From assembly GCF_900544955.1 (NCBI RefSeq), contig NZ_UQXD01000008.1:1310-65309 (forward strand): a DNA stretch of 64,000 bases, written 5' to 3'. Source of the stretch: an uncultured Oscillibacter sp. Its GTDB lineage: Bacteria > Bacillota > Clostridia > Oscillospirales > Oscillospiraceae. The translations under genes and the position numbers were made by a program. Each line of letters opens with the position of its first letter. Within the stretch, counting starts at the first letter, position 1. Below are positions 31,791 to 41,802 of this stretch, piece after piece. The notes under the pieces were generated by a model. It did no database searches. It was not told the DNA's origin and was given only the letters and a program-made list of their open reading frames with translations.

Positions 31791-32141
31791 TTACAGGGTC
31801 ATGGAGTCGACGCACACATCCACCGCTTTCACGGGGACGCCGGTGTTCTTGGTCACCACGTAGCGGACCTCGTTCATGATGGAGCGGCATACTGCGGGGA
31901 GGTTGACGCCGTTTTCCACAATGATGTGGAGCTCGATGGAGATGGAGTTGTCGTCGTGGTACGTGATGCTGACGCCCTTGCTCATGGCCTCCCGGCGCAG
32001 CAGGTGTACCAGGCCGTCGGTCATGGAGCGGTAGGCCATGCCCTTGACGCCGAAGCAGTTTGTGGCGGCCATGCCCGTGATGTTGGAGAACACGGCGCTG
32101 CTGACGGAGACCTCGCCCTGATCAGACTTAAATTGAATCAT
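31791..32141 (-). CDS. Asp23/Gls24-family protein (YloU-like)
   Basis: AATNCFGVKGM...DGLVHLL..E.MSKGV; conserved position upstream of yloV. Confidence 0.92.
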   Translation of the reverse strand: MIQFKSDQGEVSVSSAVFSNITGMAATNCFGVKGMAYRSMTDGLVHLLRREAMSKGVSITYHDDNSISIELHIIVENGVNLPAVCRSIMNEVRYVVTKNTGVPVKAVDVCVDSMTL

Positions 32142-32216
32142 GAGAACATCCTTTCTTTCCTGGTATAGATGGAGGGAACCGGAGGCCCCTTGGTAACTGC
32201 GTACTTTTGAGTACTT

Positions 32217-32245
32217 ATTATATACGATTCTTCGGTAAAGCACAA
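32217..32245 (-). promoter_or_regulatory. SigA promoter of yloU-fakA
   Basis: Minus strand TTGTGC-17-TATAAT. Confidence 0.7.
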
Positions 32246-32333
32246 GTGGAAAAAGGGACAGAGGGGGAAGGGGGACGTTCGCGCAGTGGCGCGGGGCGGG
32301 GGACTCCGCGCCCCCGCGCCGGGTGCGCAGGTA

Positions 32334-32437
32334 CCCCCGCTCCCCCACAGGGAGCGCAGCATCTCCTGCTCCGCGCTGCGCGCGGACGCCCCCGCCCTCA
32401 CAGGGCGGACATCCCCCGCCCCCGCGGAGTGGGCCAT
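32334..32437. repeat. Degenerate tandem repeat of about 25 bp (about 4 copies)
   Basis: Units resembling CCCCCGC..CACAGGGCGGACAT start at 32334, 32363, 32389 and 32413. Confidence 0.45.
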
Positions 32438-32504
32438 CCCGGACAGGCGGAAGACCGCCGCCGGTCTCCATCCCCACGAATCCGCGCTTTGCAGAAGGAA
32501 AGTA

Positions 32505-32533
32505 TTGAAATGCGCCGCAGATTGCCGTAAAAT
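32505..32533 (+). promoter_or_regulatory. SigA promoter of rsmD
   Basis: TTGAAA-17-TAAAAT. Confidence 0.7.
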
Positions 32534-32582
32534 AGACAAAACGCCCTTCCGGCCGGGCCGGGAGAAGAAGAGGGAGACATGT

Positions 32583-33155
32583 ATGCGCGTGATCACAGGC
32601 TCCGCCCGGGGCCGCAGACTGAAGGAGCTGGAGGGGATGGAGACCCGTCCCACCACCGACCGGGTGAAGGAGGGCATGTTCAGCATCCTCCAGTTCGACA
32701 TTGAGGGCCGCCGGGTGCTGGACCTGTTTGCGGGCACCGGCCAGCTGGGCATCGAGTGCCTCAGCCGGGGGGCGGCCTCCGCCGTGTTTGTGGACCGGCG
32801 GCCCGACGCGGTGAAGCTCATCCGGGAGAACCTGCGGGTGACGCAGCTCCAGGACCGGGCCCGGGTGGTCCCCGGGGACTCCATGGAGTACCTGGCCTCC
32901 CTGCGGGAGAAGTTCGACCTGGTGTTCCTGGACCCGCCCTACGCCGCGGGACTGCTGGAGCCGGCGCTGACCCGCCTCGCGGGGTTTGACATTCTGGCGC
33001 CCCATGGTATAATTGTTGCGGAACACCCGGCGGACAGGGTCCTTCCGGCCCTGGCGCCGCCCTACCGCCTCCGCCGCACCTACCGGTACGGCAAGATCGG
33101 CCTGAGCGTGTACCGCCGGGACGCAAACCAAGAGAACGAGGAACAAGCCCCATGA
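32583..33155 (+). CDS. rsmD: 16S rRNA m2G966 methyltransferase
   Basis: MRVITG..RG..L, TRPTTDRVKE, LDLFAGTG, DPPY. Confidence 0.95.
   Translation: MRVITGSARGRRLKELEGMETRPTTDRVKEGMFSILQFDIEGRRVLDLFAGTGQLGIECLSRGAASAVFVDRRPDAVKLIRENLRVTQLQDRARVVPGDSMEYLASLREKFDLVFLDPPYAAGLLEPALTRLAGFDILAPHGIIVAEHPADRVLPALAPPYRLRRTYRYGKIGLSVYRRDANQENEEQAP
32986..33013 (+). promoter_or_regulatory. Internal SigA promoter in rsmD, pointing at coaD
   Basis: TTGACA-16-TATAAT with extended TGn. Confidence 0.75.
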
Positions 33156-33658
33156 AAACAGCCATTTGCTCCGGCAGCTTCGACCCCATCACCCTGGGCC
33201 ATCTGGACATCATCCGCCGCACCGCCGCCTCCTTTGGCCGGGTGTGCGTTTGCGTCAGCCCCAATGCGGAAAAGCGGAACCAGATGTTTACGCCGGAGGA
33301 AAAGCTCCTCCTGGTGCGGACCGCCGTGGCGGACCTGGGAAATGTGGAGGCGGAGCTGTGGCCGGGACTGCTGGCGGACTTTGCCGTGGCCCACGGGGCC
33401 GGCGTCATCGTCCGGGGCGTCCGGAACGTGACGGATTTTGATGTGGAATACCAGATGGCGCTCATCAACCGGGGCATTTACCCGGAGCTGGAGACGCTGC
33501 TGCTGCCGGCCAGCCCGGCGTATCAGCACTTCAGTTCCTCCATGGCCCGGGAGATGATCCGCTACGGCCAGCCCCTGGAAAAATACCTGCCCGCGTCCAT
33601 CATCTCCCTGGTGCGGCGCATGGCGGAGGAGAGGAAGGAACAAAGCGATGGCAAATGA
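33152..33658 (+). CDS. coaD: Phosphopantetheine adenylyltransferase
   Basis: GSFDPITLGHLDII, RGVR..TDFDVE, SSS..RE. Confidence 0.95.
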   Translation: MKTAICSGSFDPITLGHLDIIRRTAASFGRVCVCVSPNAEKRNQMFTPEEKLLLVRTAVADLGNVEAELWPGLLADFAVAHGAGVIVRGVRNVTDFDVEYQMALINRGIYPELETLLLPASPAYQHFSSSMAREMIRYGQPLEKYLPASIISLVRRMAEERKEQSDGK

Positions 33659-34175
33659 TATCAGCCGCCTGATCGATATGCTGTATGAGCGGATTGAGGA
33701 CGCCAAGGCCCCGGCCCTGAAGCCCAACATGAGCATGGTGGACCGGGACGAGATGCTGGACCTGCTGGACGAGCTGCGGGCCCAGCTGCCGGTGGAGATC
33801 AAGCGGGCCCAGGAGCTGCTGGCCGCCCGGGAGAAATTTGTGGACGACGCCAAGCGGGACGTGGAGCGCATGATGCGCCAGGCGGAGCTGGAGGCCAAGA
33901 CCAAGGTCTCCGAGAGCGAGGTGCTGTACGCCGCCAAGGAGAAGGCCCGGCAGATCGTGGCCCAGGCGGAGGAGCGCTCCCGCAAGCTCTACCAGGTGGC
34001 CAACGAGTACGCCGAGGACGCCCTGGCCCGCACGGAGGAGGCCGTCCAGGCCGCCCTGGACGAGGTGAAGCAGTCCCGGGTCCAGTTCCGCACCGCCTCC
34101 GCCGCCAAGATGCAGGCCCAGCGGGACAAGCTGGACGGAAAGACCGCCCCCGCGGCGCCCGCCGGGGAGGAGTGA
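33648..34175 (+). CDS. Coiled-coil protein of the type commonly found after coaD in Clostridia
   Basis: Heptad-rich; LP.EIKRAQ..L; overlaps the coaD end. Confidence 0.75.
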   Translation: MANDISRLIDMLYERIEDAKAPALKPNMSMVDRDEMLDLLDELRAQLPVEIKRAQELLAAREKFVDDAKRDVERMMRQAELEAKTKVSESEVLYAAKEKARQIVAQAEERSRKLYQVANEYAEDALARTEEAVQAALDEVKQSRVQFRTASAAKMQAQRDKLDGKTAPAAPAGEE

Positions 34176-34286
34176 CCCCCTCCGCCGGGGCGGGGTGACC
34201 GTAATCGCGGAAAATTTGTAAAAAACGACGAAAAATCCGGTGGAACTTTTTGGCGAAACCCAAGATTTTGAGATACCGATGGGAAT

Positions 34287-34328
34287 AGAACACCCGACGG
34301 CACAAGATGTTGTGCCGTCGGGTGTTCT
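34287..34328. repeat. Perfect 19-bp inverted repeat
   Basis: AGAACACCCGACGGCACAA-GATG-TTGTGCCGTCGGGTGTTCT. Confidence 0.85.
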
Positions 34329-34442
34329 TGATTTTACGTAAACCGGGGGAGGAACCTCGAACGCCTGTTTTATTCCTGCCGATTTTGCCGATTTTTGCGG
34401 ATTTTCAGCCGTTTTTGCGGGTTTCCTGACCGAAAAAAATCC

Positions 34443-34516
34443 TTGCAATTCCGGGAATATTTTCGTATACTCAAATCATTGGTGGGGAAAAGTGGGTAAA
34501 AGGTGCAACCGGGTGC
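34443..34516 (+). promoter_or_regulatory. dcw promoter with MraZ-binding direct repeats
   Basis: TTGCAA-17-TATACT, then GTGGG at 34482 and 34492 and GGTGC at 34502 and 34512 (10-bp period). Confidence 0.8.
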
Positions 34517-34566
34517 CAGACGAGTCCCATTCAAACCCAAAAAGCGGGGAAAAGGGGGGCGGATCC

Positions 34567-35010
34567 ATGGCGCGGCTGCTGGGGAAATCCAACAACAGCA
34601 TCGACTCCAAGGGCCGCCTGGTCATTCCCTCCGCCATGCGGGAGGCACTGGGGGACACCTTCACCATCACCATCGGCGCGGAGCACTGCCTGACCATCTA
34701 TCCCCAGGCGAAGTGGGAGCAGATGTCCGACGAGATGGACGAGCTCAGCTACACCGAGGCCCGGGCGCTGACACTGCTGTACGCCAACGCCGTCCAGTGT
34801 GAGCCGGACGCCCAGGGGCGGGTGCTGATCCCCGCCAATTTGCGCGCCCATGCGGGACTGAAGAAGACGGCGACCATCGTGGGACTGAACTCCTTTGCGG
34901 AAATCTGGGACGAGCAGACCTGGACCGAGCGGGAGCGGCGGATGCTGGAGAGCGACGACATGGCGGCCGCCATGGACGCCCTGGCCCGCGCCCGCAGAAA
35001 CCGGGGGTAA
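34567..35010 (+). CDS. mraZ: Transcriptional regulator MraZ
   Basis: Two DxKGR/DAQGR repeats and EIW; upstream of rsmH. Confidence 0.95.
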   Translation: MARLLGKSNNSIDSKGRLVIPSAMREALGDTFTITIGAEHCLTIYPQAKWEQMSDEMDELSYTEARALTLLYANAVQCEPDAQGRVLIPANLRAHAGLKKTATIVGLNSFAEIWDEQTWTERERRMLESDDMAAAMDALARARRNRG

Positions 35011-35016
35011 GGGACC

Positions 35017-35964
35017 ATGGAATACACCCACAAGCCGGTCCTTTTGGACGCGTGCATCGAGGCATTGGCAATACGGCCCGACGGGGTCTATGTGGACGGT
35101 ACACTGGGCCGGGCTGGGCACTCCAGAGAGATCGCCCAAAGGCTCGCCACCGGCCGGCTCATCTGTATCGACAGGGACATGGCGGCCATCGACGCGGCCA
35201 GAGAGCGTCTGGCGCCATGGATGGACCATGTGACGCTGGTCCATCAGAATTTTGCGGAGCTGGGCGGCGTCCTGCGGGAGGCAGGCGTCGCCGGCGCCGA
35301 CGGGATGCTCTTCGACCTGGGGGTTTCCTCCCCCCAGCTGGACGACGCCTCCCGGGGCTTTTCCTACATGCAGGACGCGCCGCTGGACATGCGGATGGAT
35401 ACCCAGGCGCCGCTGACGGCCTACGAGGTGGTCAACGACTGGAGTGCCGATCAGCTCCGGCGGATCTTCTATGAATACGGGGAGGAGCGGTACGCCCCCG
35501 CCATTGCCCGGGCCATTGTCCGGGCCCGGGAGGAGCGGGCCATCGCCACCACGCTGGAGCTGGTGGACGTCATCAAGGGGGCCATGCCCCCGGCGGCGCT
35601 GCGGGAGAAGCAGCACCCCGCCAAGCGCAGCTTCCAGGCCATCCGCATCGCCGTCAACGGCGAGCTGGACGCCCTGCCGCCCATGCTGCGCTCCGCGGTG
35701 GACGGCCTGCGGCCCGGCGGGCGGCTGGCGGTTATCACCTTTCACTCCCTGGAGGACCGCATCGTGAAGCGGACGATGCAGGACCTGTCCCGGGGCTGCA
35801 CCTGCCCACCGGAATTCCCGGTGTGCGTGTGCGGGAAAAAGCCCCAGGTGAAGCTGCTGACCCGAAAGCCCATCGTGGCCGGGCCGGAGGAGCTGGCGGA
35901 GAATCCCAGGGCGAGAAGCGCCAAGCTCCGGGTGGCGGAGCGGTGCGAGGACGCCGTGCTTTGA
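35017..35964 (+). CDS. rsmH: 16S rRNA m4C1402 methyltransferase
   Basis: HKPVLL, DLGVSSPQLD, FQAIRIAVN, FHSLEDR, NPRARSAKLR. Confidence 0.98.
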   Translation: MEYTHKPVLLDACIEALAIRPDGVYVDGTLGRAGHSREIAQRLATGRLICIDRDMAAIDAARERLAPWMDHVTLVHQNFAELGGVLREAGVAGADGMLFDLGVSSPQLDDASRGFSYMQDAPLDMRMDTQAPLTAYEVVNDWSADQLRRIFYEYGEERYAPAIARAIVRAREERAIATTLELVDVIKGAMPPAALREKQHPAKRSFQAIRIAVNGELDALPPMLRSAVDGLRPGGRLAVITFHSLEDRIVKRTMQDLSRGCTCPPEFPVCVCGKKPQVKLLTRKPIVAGPEELAENPRARSAKLRVAERCEDAVL

Positions 35965-36031
35965 TTCAAAAAGGGGACAGCCCCTTTTGACGTGTGTGTG
36001 TGTACCAATGGACGGAGGGAGGAGTTTCATC

Positions 36032-36592
36032 GTGGCATCCGCAGCGCGGGAACTGCGCTATCGCAGCCAGCACGCCGTCAGCGGCAGTCTGGCGTATGAC
36101 CTGGATTGGGAGCTTCGGGAGCGGGAGCTGCGCCACGCCGGGGAGGCACCCCGCCGCCGGGAGGCGGTCCGGGAGCAGCCGAAGGTCCGCAGCGTGGAGA
36201 AGGTGCAGGTCCGGGAGCGGCAGAAGGTCTCCCCCCTGACCGTTTTGGGCTTCGGCGCCGTCATCGGCCTGGCGGTGCTGGTGCTGATGAGCTACATCCA
36301 GCTGATGGTGCTCTCCGCCGGCACGGTGGAGCTGAAGCAGCAGCTCTCCGTCCTGGAGACGGAGAACGTGCGCCTCACCACCCAGTACGAGCAGATGTAC
36401 GATCTGGCCACGGTGCGGGAGGCGGCAGAGGCCTCCGGCATGAGCAAGCCCAGCGGCAGCCAGATCTACTATATCGATCTCAGCGAAGGGGACAGCGCCG
36501 TGGTCTACCAGAAGAAGGAGCCCAGCGTGCTCAGCCGGCTGCTGGCGTCTTTGAACCACGGGATCTATGCGGTGGTGGAATATTTCGACTGA
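36032..36592 (+). CDS. ftsL: Cell division protein FtsL-like
   Basis: Position after rsmH; one TM plus coiled coil; GM..P. Confidence 0.75.
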   Translation: MASAARELRYRSQHAVSGSLAYDLDWELRERELRHAGEAPRRREAVREQPKVRSVEKVQVRERQKVSPLTVLGFGAVIGLAVLVLMSYIQLMVLSAGTVELKQQLSVLETENVRLTTQYEQMYDLATVREAAEASGMSKPSGSQIYYIDLSEGDSAVVYQKKEPSVLSRLLASLNHGIYAVVEYFD

Positions 36593-36709
36593 CCGCCGCA
36601 CTATATATGGGATGGACTGGAACGCGGGGAGTAAGAAGACGTCTTCTTGCTCCCCCGTTTCGGTCACAGCAACAGGAGGCGGACCGCCCGCCTGAAAGGG
36701 AGAAGGATC

Positions 36710-39154
36710 ATGGCAAGCAATCCCCGCAGAAAAAGTGACGCCGCCCGCCGGGCCAACCAGGTCATCCGCAGCCGGACGGTTTTGGTGATGGTGCTTCTGG
36801 GCGTGTGCACCTTTTTGGCGCTGTTCTGGAAGCTGTACGATCTGCAGATCCGCCAGCACGACAAGCTCCAGGAGCAGGCGGTGGCCCAGCAGACCCGCTC
36901 CACCGTCATCACCGCCTCCCGGGGCACCATTTACGACCGGAACCTGACCCCCCTGGCCATCTCCGCCACGGCGGAGACGGTGTTCGTCTCCCCCCAGGAG
37001 ATCAAGCAGTACGTGGAGAGCCAGGAGGCCAAGCAGAAGGACGCCGCCGGCAAGGCGGCGGAGAAGGGCGAGACCTACGTCCCGCCGGCGATCCGGGACG
37101 GGGACTACATCGCCCGGGGACTGAACCGCATTCTGGGCGTGGACGTGGGCACCATTGAAAAGAAGATGGAGCGCACCTGGTCCCAGTACGAGATTGTGAA
37201 GCTGCGGGTGGAGCAGGACGTGGCCGACGAGGTGCGCCGCTTCATCAACGGCCAGATCGACGACGCGGGAAGCGAGGTGCCCGAGGGCCAGCGGCAGAAG
37301 CTCCGGGGGGTGTACATGGAGCCAGACTCCAAGCGGTATTACCCCTACGGCTCCCTGGCCTCCAACATCATCGGCTTCGTCAACGGCGAGAACAAGGGCG
37401 GCGTGGGCCTGGAGGCCAAATACGAGAGCGTGCTGGAGGGGACCTCCGGTCTGACTGTCACCGCCAAAAACGCCCGGAACACCGACCTCCTCTACCAGTA
37501 TGAGCAGTATTACGACGCCCAGAACGGCGACAGTCTGGTGCTGACGCTGGACACCACCGTGCAGCACGCCCTGGAGAAGAACATGGAGAGCATGTTGGAG
37601 CGGTTCGACGCGAAAAACGGCGGCACCGGCATCGTCATGGAGGTGAACACCGGCGCCATTGTGGGCATGGCCTCCTACCCCAACTACGACCTCCAGGACT
37701 ACGGCAGCATTTACGACGAGAAGCTCCGGGCCCAGCTCAATGCCAAGCTGGCGGAACTGGAGAAAAACCGGAGCAGCTACGCCACGGAGGAGGACTACCA
37801 GGCGGCGGTGAGCGCGGCCACCGGCAGCATGGTGCAGACCCAGTGGCGCAACAAGTGCATCGACTCCACCTATGAGCCCGGCTCCACCTTCAAGCCCATC
37901 ACCCTGGCGGCGGCGCTGGAGGAGGGGCTGGTGAACCTGAACAGCACCTTCCAGTGCTCCGGGTCCATCAAGGTCCAGGGCTGGGGAAAGCCCATCAACT
38001 GCTCCAAGAAGGGCGGACACGGCAGCCAGACCCTGGAGCAGGCGGTGGGCAACTCCTGCAACCCCGCCTTTATCAACATGGGATTGAAGATCGGCACGGA
38101 GAAATACTACCAGTATCTGAAGGCCTTCGGGCTGATGGAGCCCACCGGGGTGGACATGATCGGCGAGGTGACGGGCATTTTCGCCAGTGAGAAGAACTTC
38201 AACAGCAACGTGGTCTCCCTGGCGTCCTACGCCTTCGGCCAGACCTTCACCGTCACCCCCCTGCACCTGATCCGGGCCCAGGCGGCCTGCATCAACGGCG
38301 GCTATCTCTACACCCCCTACGTGGTGGACCAGGTGCTGGACGACGGCGGCAACATCGTCAGCCAGCACGACACCACCCCCGTCCGCCAGGTCATCAGCGA
38401 GGAGACCTCCGCCACCGTCCGCCGGTGCCTGGAGTACGTGGTGGCCAGCGGCACCGGCAAAAACGGCCAGGTGGTGGGCTACCGCATCGGCGGCAAGACC
38501 GGCACCGCCGACAAGACCGGCACCCGCACCGAGAGCAACCCCCAGGGCGACGTGGTGGTGTCCTTCATGTGCTTTGCCCCGGCGGACAATCCGAAGTACA
38601 TCATGCTGCTGACCATGGATACCCCCAGCCGGAACACCGGCGTCTACGTCTCCGGCGGCAACATGGTGGCCCCCACCGCCAGCAAGATCATGGGCGAGAT
38701 TCTGCCCCACCTGGGCATCGAGCCGGACTTCTCCGCCGAGGAGCTGGTGGGCGCCGACGCCGCCGTGCCCAACGTGGTGGGCATGACCCTGGCCGACGCC
38801 AAGGCGAAGATGGAGGCCTCCGGCTTTGACTGCCGCACCCTGGGCGCCGGGGAGACCGTCACCGACCAGACCCCGGCGGGGGGCGCCATCGTCCCCAACA
38901 ACGCCGCCATCATCCTCTATCTGGGCGGCCAGCGGCCGGACACCCCCTGTACCGTGCCCAATGTGGTGGGCCTCACCGCCTCGGAGGCCAACAAGGCGCT
39001 GACCAACGCGGGGCTCATCATGAAGGTGGCGGGCGCCGTCACCTCCACCTCCGGCAACGTCCACGCCATCTCCCAGTCCCACGGGGAGGGGACGCTGCTG
39101 GCGGCGGGCGACGTGGTCACCGTCCAGTTCGGTGACAGCTCCGTGCTGGACTGA
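36710..39154 (+). CDS. Class B PBP (SpoVD/FtsI) with two PASTA domains
   Basis: RGTIYDRN, RYYPYG, GGVGLE, EPGSTFK, SCN, KTGTA; two VPNVVG repeats. Confidence 0.95.
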   Translation: MASNPRRKSDAARRANQVIRSRTVLVMVLLGVCTFLALFWKLYDLQIRQHDKLQEQAVAQQTRSTVITASRGTIYDRNLTPLAISATAETVFVSPQEIKQYVESQEAKQKDAAGKAAEKGETYVPPAIRDGDYIARGLNRILGVDVGTIEKKMERTWSQYEIVKLRVEQDVADEVRRFINGQIDDAGSEVPEGQRQKLRGVYMEPDSKRYYPYGSLASNIIGFVNGENKGGVGLEAKYESVLEGTSGLTVTAKNARNTDLLYQYEQYYDAQNGDSLVLTLDTTVQHALEKNMESMLERFDAKNGGTGIVMEVNTGAIVGMASYPNYDLQDYGSIYDEKLRAQLNAKLAELEKNRSSYATEEDYQAAVSAATGSMVQTQWRNKCIDSTYEPGSTFKPITLAAALEEGLVNLNSTFQCSGSIKVQGWGKPINCSKKGGHGSQTLEQAVGNSCNPAFINMGLKIGTEKYYQYLKAFGLMEPTGVDMIGEVTGIFASEKNFNSNVVSLASYAFGQTFTVTPLHLIRAQAACINGGYLYTPYVVDQVLDDGGNIVSQHDTTPVRQVISEETSATVRRCLEYVVASGTGKNGQVVGYRIGGKTGTADKTGTRTESNPQGDVVVSFMCFAPADNPKYIMLLTMDTPSRNTGVYVSGGNMVAPTASKIMGEILPHLGIEPDFSAEELVGADAAVPNVVGMTLADAKAKMEASGFDCRTLGAGETVTDQTPAGGAIVPNNAAIILYLGGQRPDTPCTVPNVVGLTASEANKALTNAGLIMKVAGAVTSTSGNVHAISQSHGEGTLLAAGDVVTVQFGDSSVLD

Positions 39155-39270
39155 GGGCAGGATTTGCAAGGTTTTGGGCACCATTCCCTGTATACGCCGC
39201 GTTTTGCCCTGTCTATAATAAAGGGAAACGGGCATCACAGGTGCCAGAACGAGAAAAGGGGCGCGTACGG

Positions 39271-40719
39271 ATGAAATTGAGAGAATTGCTGCGGGGGCTG
39301 GAGGTCCTGTCCGCCACGGCGGATTGGGAGATGGAGGTCCCCGGCGTCAGCTACGACTCCCGGACCACCCGGCCCGGGGAGCTGTTTGTGGCCATGACCG
39401 GCTTTGCCTCCGACGGCCACGCCTTCATCGGCAGGGCCGCGGCGGCGGGGGCCGCCGCGGTGCTGTGCGAGCGGCCGCCGGAGGAGGCGGTGCCCTACGT
39501 CCAGGTGGCGGACTCCCGCCGGGCCCTGGCGGTGGTGGGCGCCAACTTCTTCGGCCACCCGGCCGAGGCGATGACCATGGCGGCGGTCACCGGCACCAAC
39601 GGCAAGACCACCACCACCTACCTCCTCAAGGCCATTTTGGAGCAGGAGGCCGGGGCCAAGGTGGGCCTCATCGGCACCAATCAGAACATGATCGGCGGCG
39701 AGAGCCTCCCCACGGAGCGGACCACGCCGGAGTCCTTCGAGGTCCAGCGGCTCTTCGCCCAGATGCGGGACGCGGGCTGCACCCACGTGGTAATGGAGAC
39801 CTCCTCCCACGCCCTGGCGCTGGACCGGGTCTACGGCGTGCACTACGCCGTGGGCATCTTCACCAACCTGACCCAGGACCACCTGGATTTTCACGGCACC
39901 ATGGAGGCCTACTGCGACGCCAAGGCCATCCTCTTTCAAAACTGCGACCGGGGCGTGGTGAACGCCGACGACCCCTGGACGCCCCGGCTGCTGGAACAGG
40001 CCGCCTGCCCGGTGCTCACCTACGGGGAGCGGGCGGCGGCGGACCTGCGGGCGGAGGACATCCGCCTGGCGGCGGACCATGTGGCCTTCACCGCCGTGAC
40101 AAAAGACGAACGGGTGCCCGTCCGGGTGCATATTCCCGGCGGCTTCATGGTATATAATACCCTGGATGTACTGGGGGCCGCCCTGGCCCTGGGCATCCCC
40201 CTGGAGAAGAGCGCCCAGGCCCTGGCCCGGGTGCCCCACGTGAAGGGCCGGGTGGAGGTGGTGCCCACGCCGGGGAAGGACTACACCGTCCTCGTCGATT
40301 ACGCCCACAGCCCCGACGGCCTGGAAAACGTCCTGGGCACGGTGAAGGGCTTCGCCAAGGGGCGGACCATCGCCCTCTTCGGCTGCGGCGGCGACCGGGA
40401 TAAGACCAAGCGGCCCAAGATGGGGGCCATCGCCGCCCGCATCGCGGATCTGGTGGTGGTCACCTCCGACAATCCCCGCACCGAGGTCCCCGGCGACATC
40501 ATCGCCGACATCCTGCCGGGGCTGGCGGGGACAAAAACCCCCTACGTGGTGGTGGAGGACCGGGTGGAGGCCATCCACTACTGCCTGGATCACGCCAGGC
40601 CGGGGGATGTCATCGCCCTGTGCGGCAAGGGCCACGAGACCTACCAGGAGGTGGGCCGCGTCAAGCGCCACATGGATGAGCGGGAGATCGTGGCGGACTA
40701 TCTGGCCCAGGGCCGCTGA
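39271..40719 (+). CDS. murE: UDP-MurNAc-tripeptide synthetase (mDAP-type)
   Basis: TGTNGKTT, QDHLDFH, DYAH, DNPR, GKGHE. Confidence 0.97.
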   Translation: MKLRELLRGLEVLSATADWEMEVPGVSYDSRTTRPGELFVAMTGFASDGHAFIGRAAAAGAAAVLCERPPEEAVPYVQVADSRRALAVVGANFFGHPAEAMTMAAVTGTNGKTTTTYLLKAILEQEAGAKVGLIGTNQNMIGGESLPTERTTPESFEVQRLFAQMRDAGCTHVVMETSSHALALDRVYGVHYAVGIFTNLTQDHLDFHGTMEAYCDAKAILFQNCDRGVVNADDPWTPRLLEQAACPVLTYGERAAADLRAEDIRLAADHVAFTAVTKDERVPVRVHIPGGFMVYNTLDVLGAALALGIPLEKSAQALARVPHVKGRVEVVPTPGKDYTVLVDYAHSPDGLENVLGTVKGFAKGRTIALFGCGGDRDKTKRPKMGAIAARIADLVVVTSDNPRTEVPGDIIADILPGLAGTKTPYVVVEDRVEAIHYCLDHARPGDVIALCGKGHETYQEVGRVKRHMDEREIVADYLAQGR

Positions 40720-40777
40720 GAGACACAAAAGCGCCGGGGCGGGAACCCGGCGGCAGAAAAGGGAGAGGGAGAGACCA

Positions 40778-41764
40778 ATGGATTTGTCAATTTGGATCGC
40801 GGCGGGCGTCAGCTTTGTGCTGACGCTGGTGATCGGACGGTTTTTGATTCCGGAGCTGCGGAAGCTGAAGGCGGGGCAGGAGATTCGGGCGGACGGCCCC
40901 ACCTGGCACGCCGGCAAGGCCGGCACCCCCACCATGGGAGGCATCATGTTCATCATCGGTGCCGGGGTGACGGTGTTTGTCCTGGGCTGGGAGCGGATGC
41001 TGGCGGGGGAGTTCACCCACCTGTACGTCTACCTCTTCGCCCTGATCTTCGGGCTGATCGGCTTTGTGGACGACTACCGCAAGGTCCGCCAGCACCAGAA
41101 CGAGGGCCTCACCGCCCGGCAGAAGTTCGTGCTGCAGCTGGCGGCGGCGGTGGTGTTTTTGTGCCTGATGCGCTATGAGGGCCTGCTGACCAACCGGCTC
41201 TACCTCCCCTTCGCCAACGTGACGGTGACCATGAACTGGGTGGTGTACCTGGTGTTCGCCGCCTTCGTCATCGTGGGCTGCGTCAACGCGGTGAACCTGA
41301 CGGACGGCATCGACGGCCTGGCCGCCAGCGTCACCTTTGTGGTGATGGCGTTCTTTACCGTTACCGCCGCCGTGTGGCGCATGACGGCCCTGGCCCTGTT
41401 TCCGGCGGCCCTGGCGGGGGGGCTGGCGGCCTTCTTCGTCTACAACCACCATCCCGCCAAGACCTTTATGGGCGACACCGGCAGCCTCTTTCTGGGCGGC
41501 GCGGTGGCGGCCCTGGGCTTTGCCATGGATATGCCCCTGATTCTGATTCCCGTGGGCGTCATCTACATCGCGGAGACCGTCAGCGACATCATTCAGGTGG
41601 GCTATTTCAAGGCCACCCACGGCAAGCGCTTTTTCAAAATGGCGCCGCTGCACCACCACCTGGAGCTGTCCGGGTGGAGCGAGGCAAAGCTGGTGGCGGT
41701 GTTCTCCGGCATCACGCTGGTGTGCTGCGCGCTGGCCTATTGGGGAATTCAGGGGCGGCACTGA
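40778..41764 (+). CDS. mraY: Phospho-MurNAc-pentapeptide transferase
   Basis: KAGTPTMGG, NAVNLTDGIDG, FMGDTGS, APLHHH. Confidence 0.97.
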   Translation: MDLSIWIAAGVSFVLTLVIGRFLIPELRKLKAGQEIRADGPTWHAGKAGTPTMGGIMFIIGAGVTVFVLGWERMLAGEFTHLYVYLFALIFGLIGFVDDYRKVRQHQNEGLTARQKFVLQLAAAVVFLCLMRYEGLLTNRLYLPFANVTVTMNWVVYLVFAAFVIVGCVNAVNLTDGIDGLAASVTFVVMAFFTVTAAVWRMTALALFPAALAGGLAAFFVYNHHPAKTFMGDTGSLFLGGAVAALGFAMDMPLILIPVGVIYIAETVSDIIQVGYFKATHGKRFFKMAPLHHHLELSGWSEAKLVAVFSGITLVCCALAYWGIQGRH

Positions 41765-41802
41765 CACCGCCGAAGCAAGTTTGAGAGAGGGGAGGGAGCC
41801 GC

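Noticed and set aside
32142..33146. 451-aa ORF 31791..33146 as an Asp23 fusion
   Set aside because: The real start is 32141 with its own RBS and promoter; the extension is antisense to rsmD
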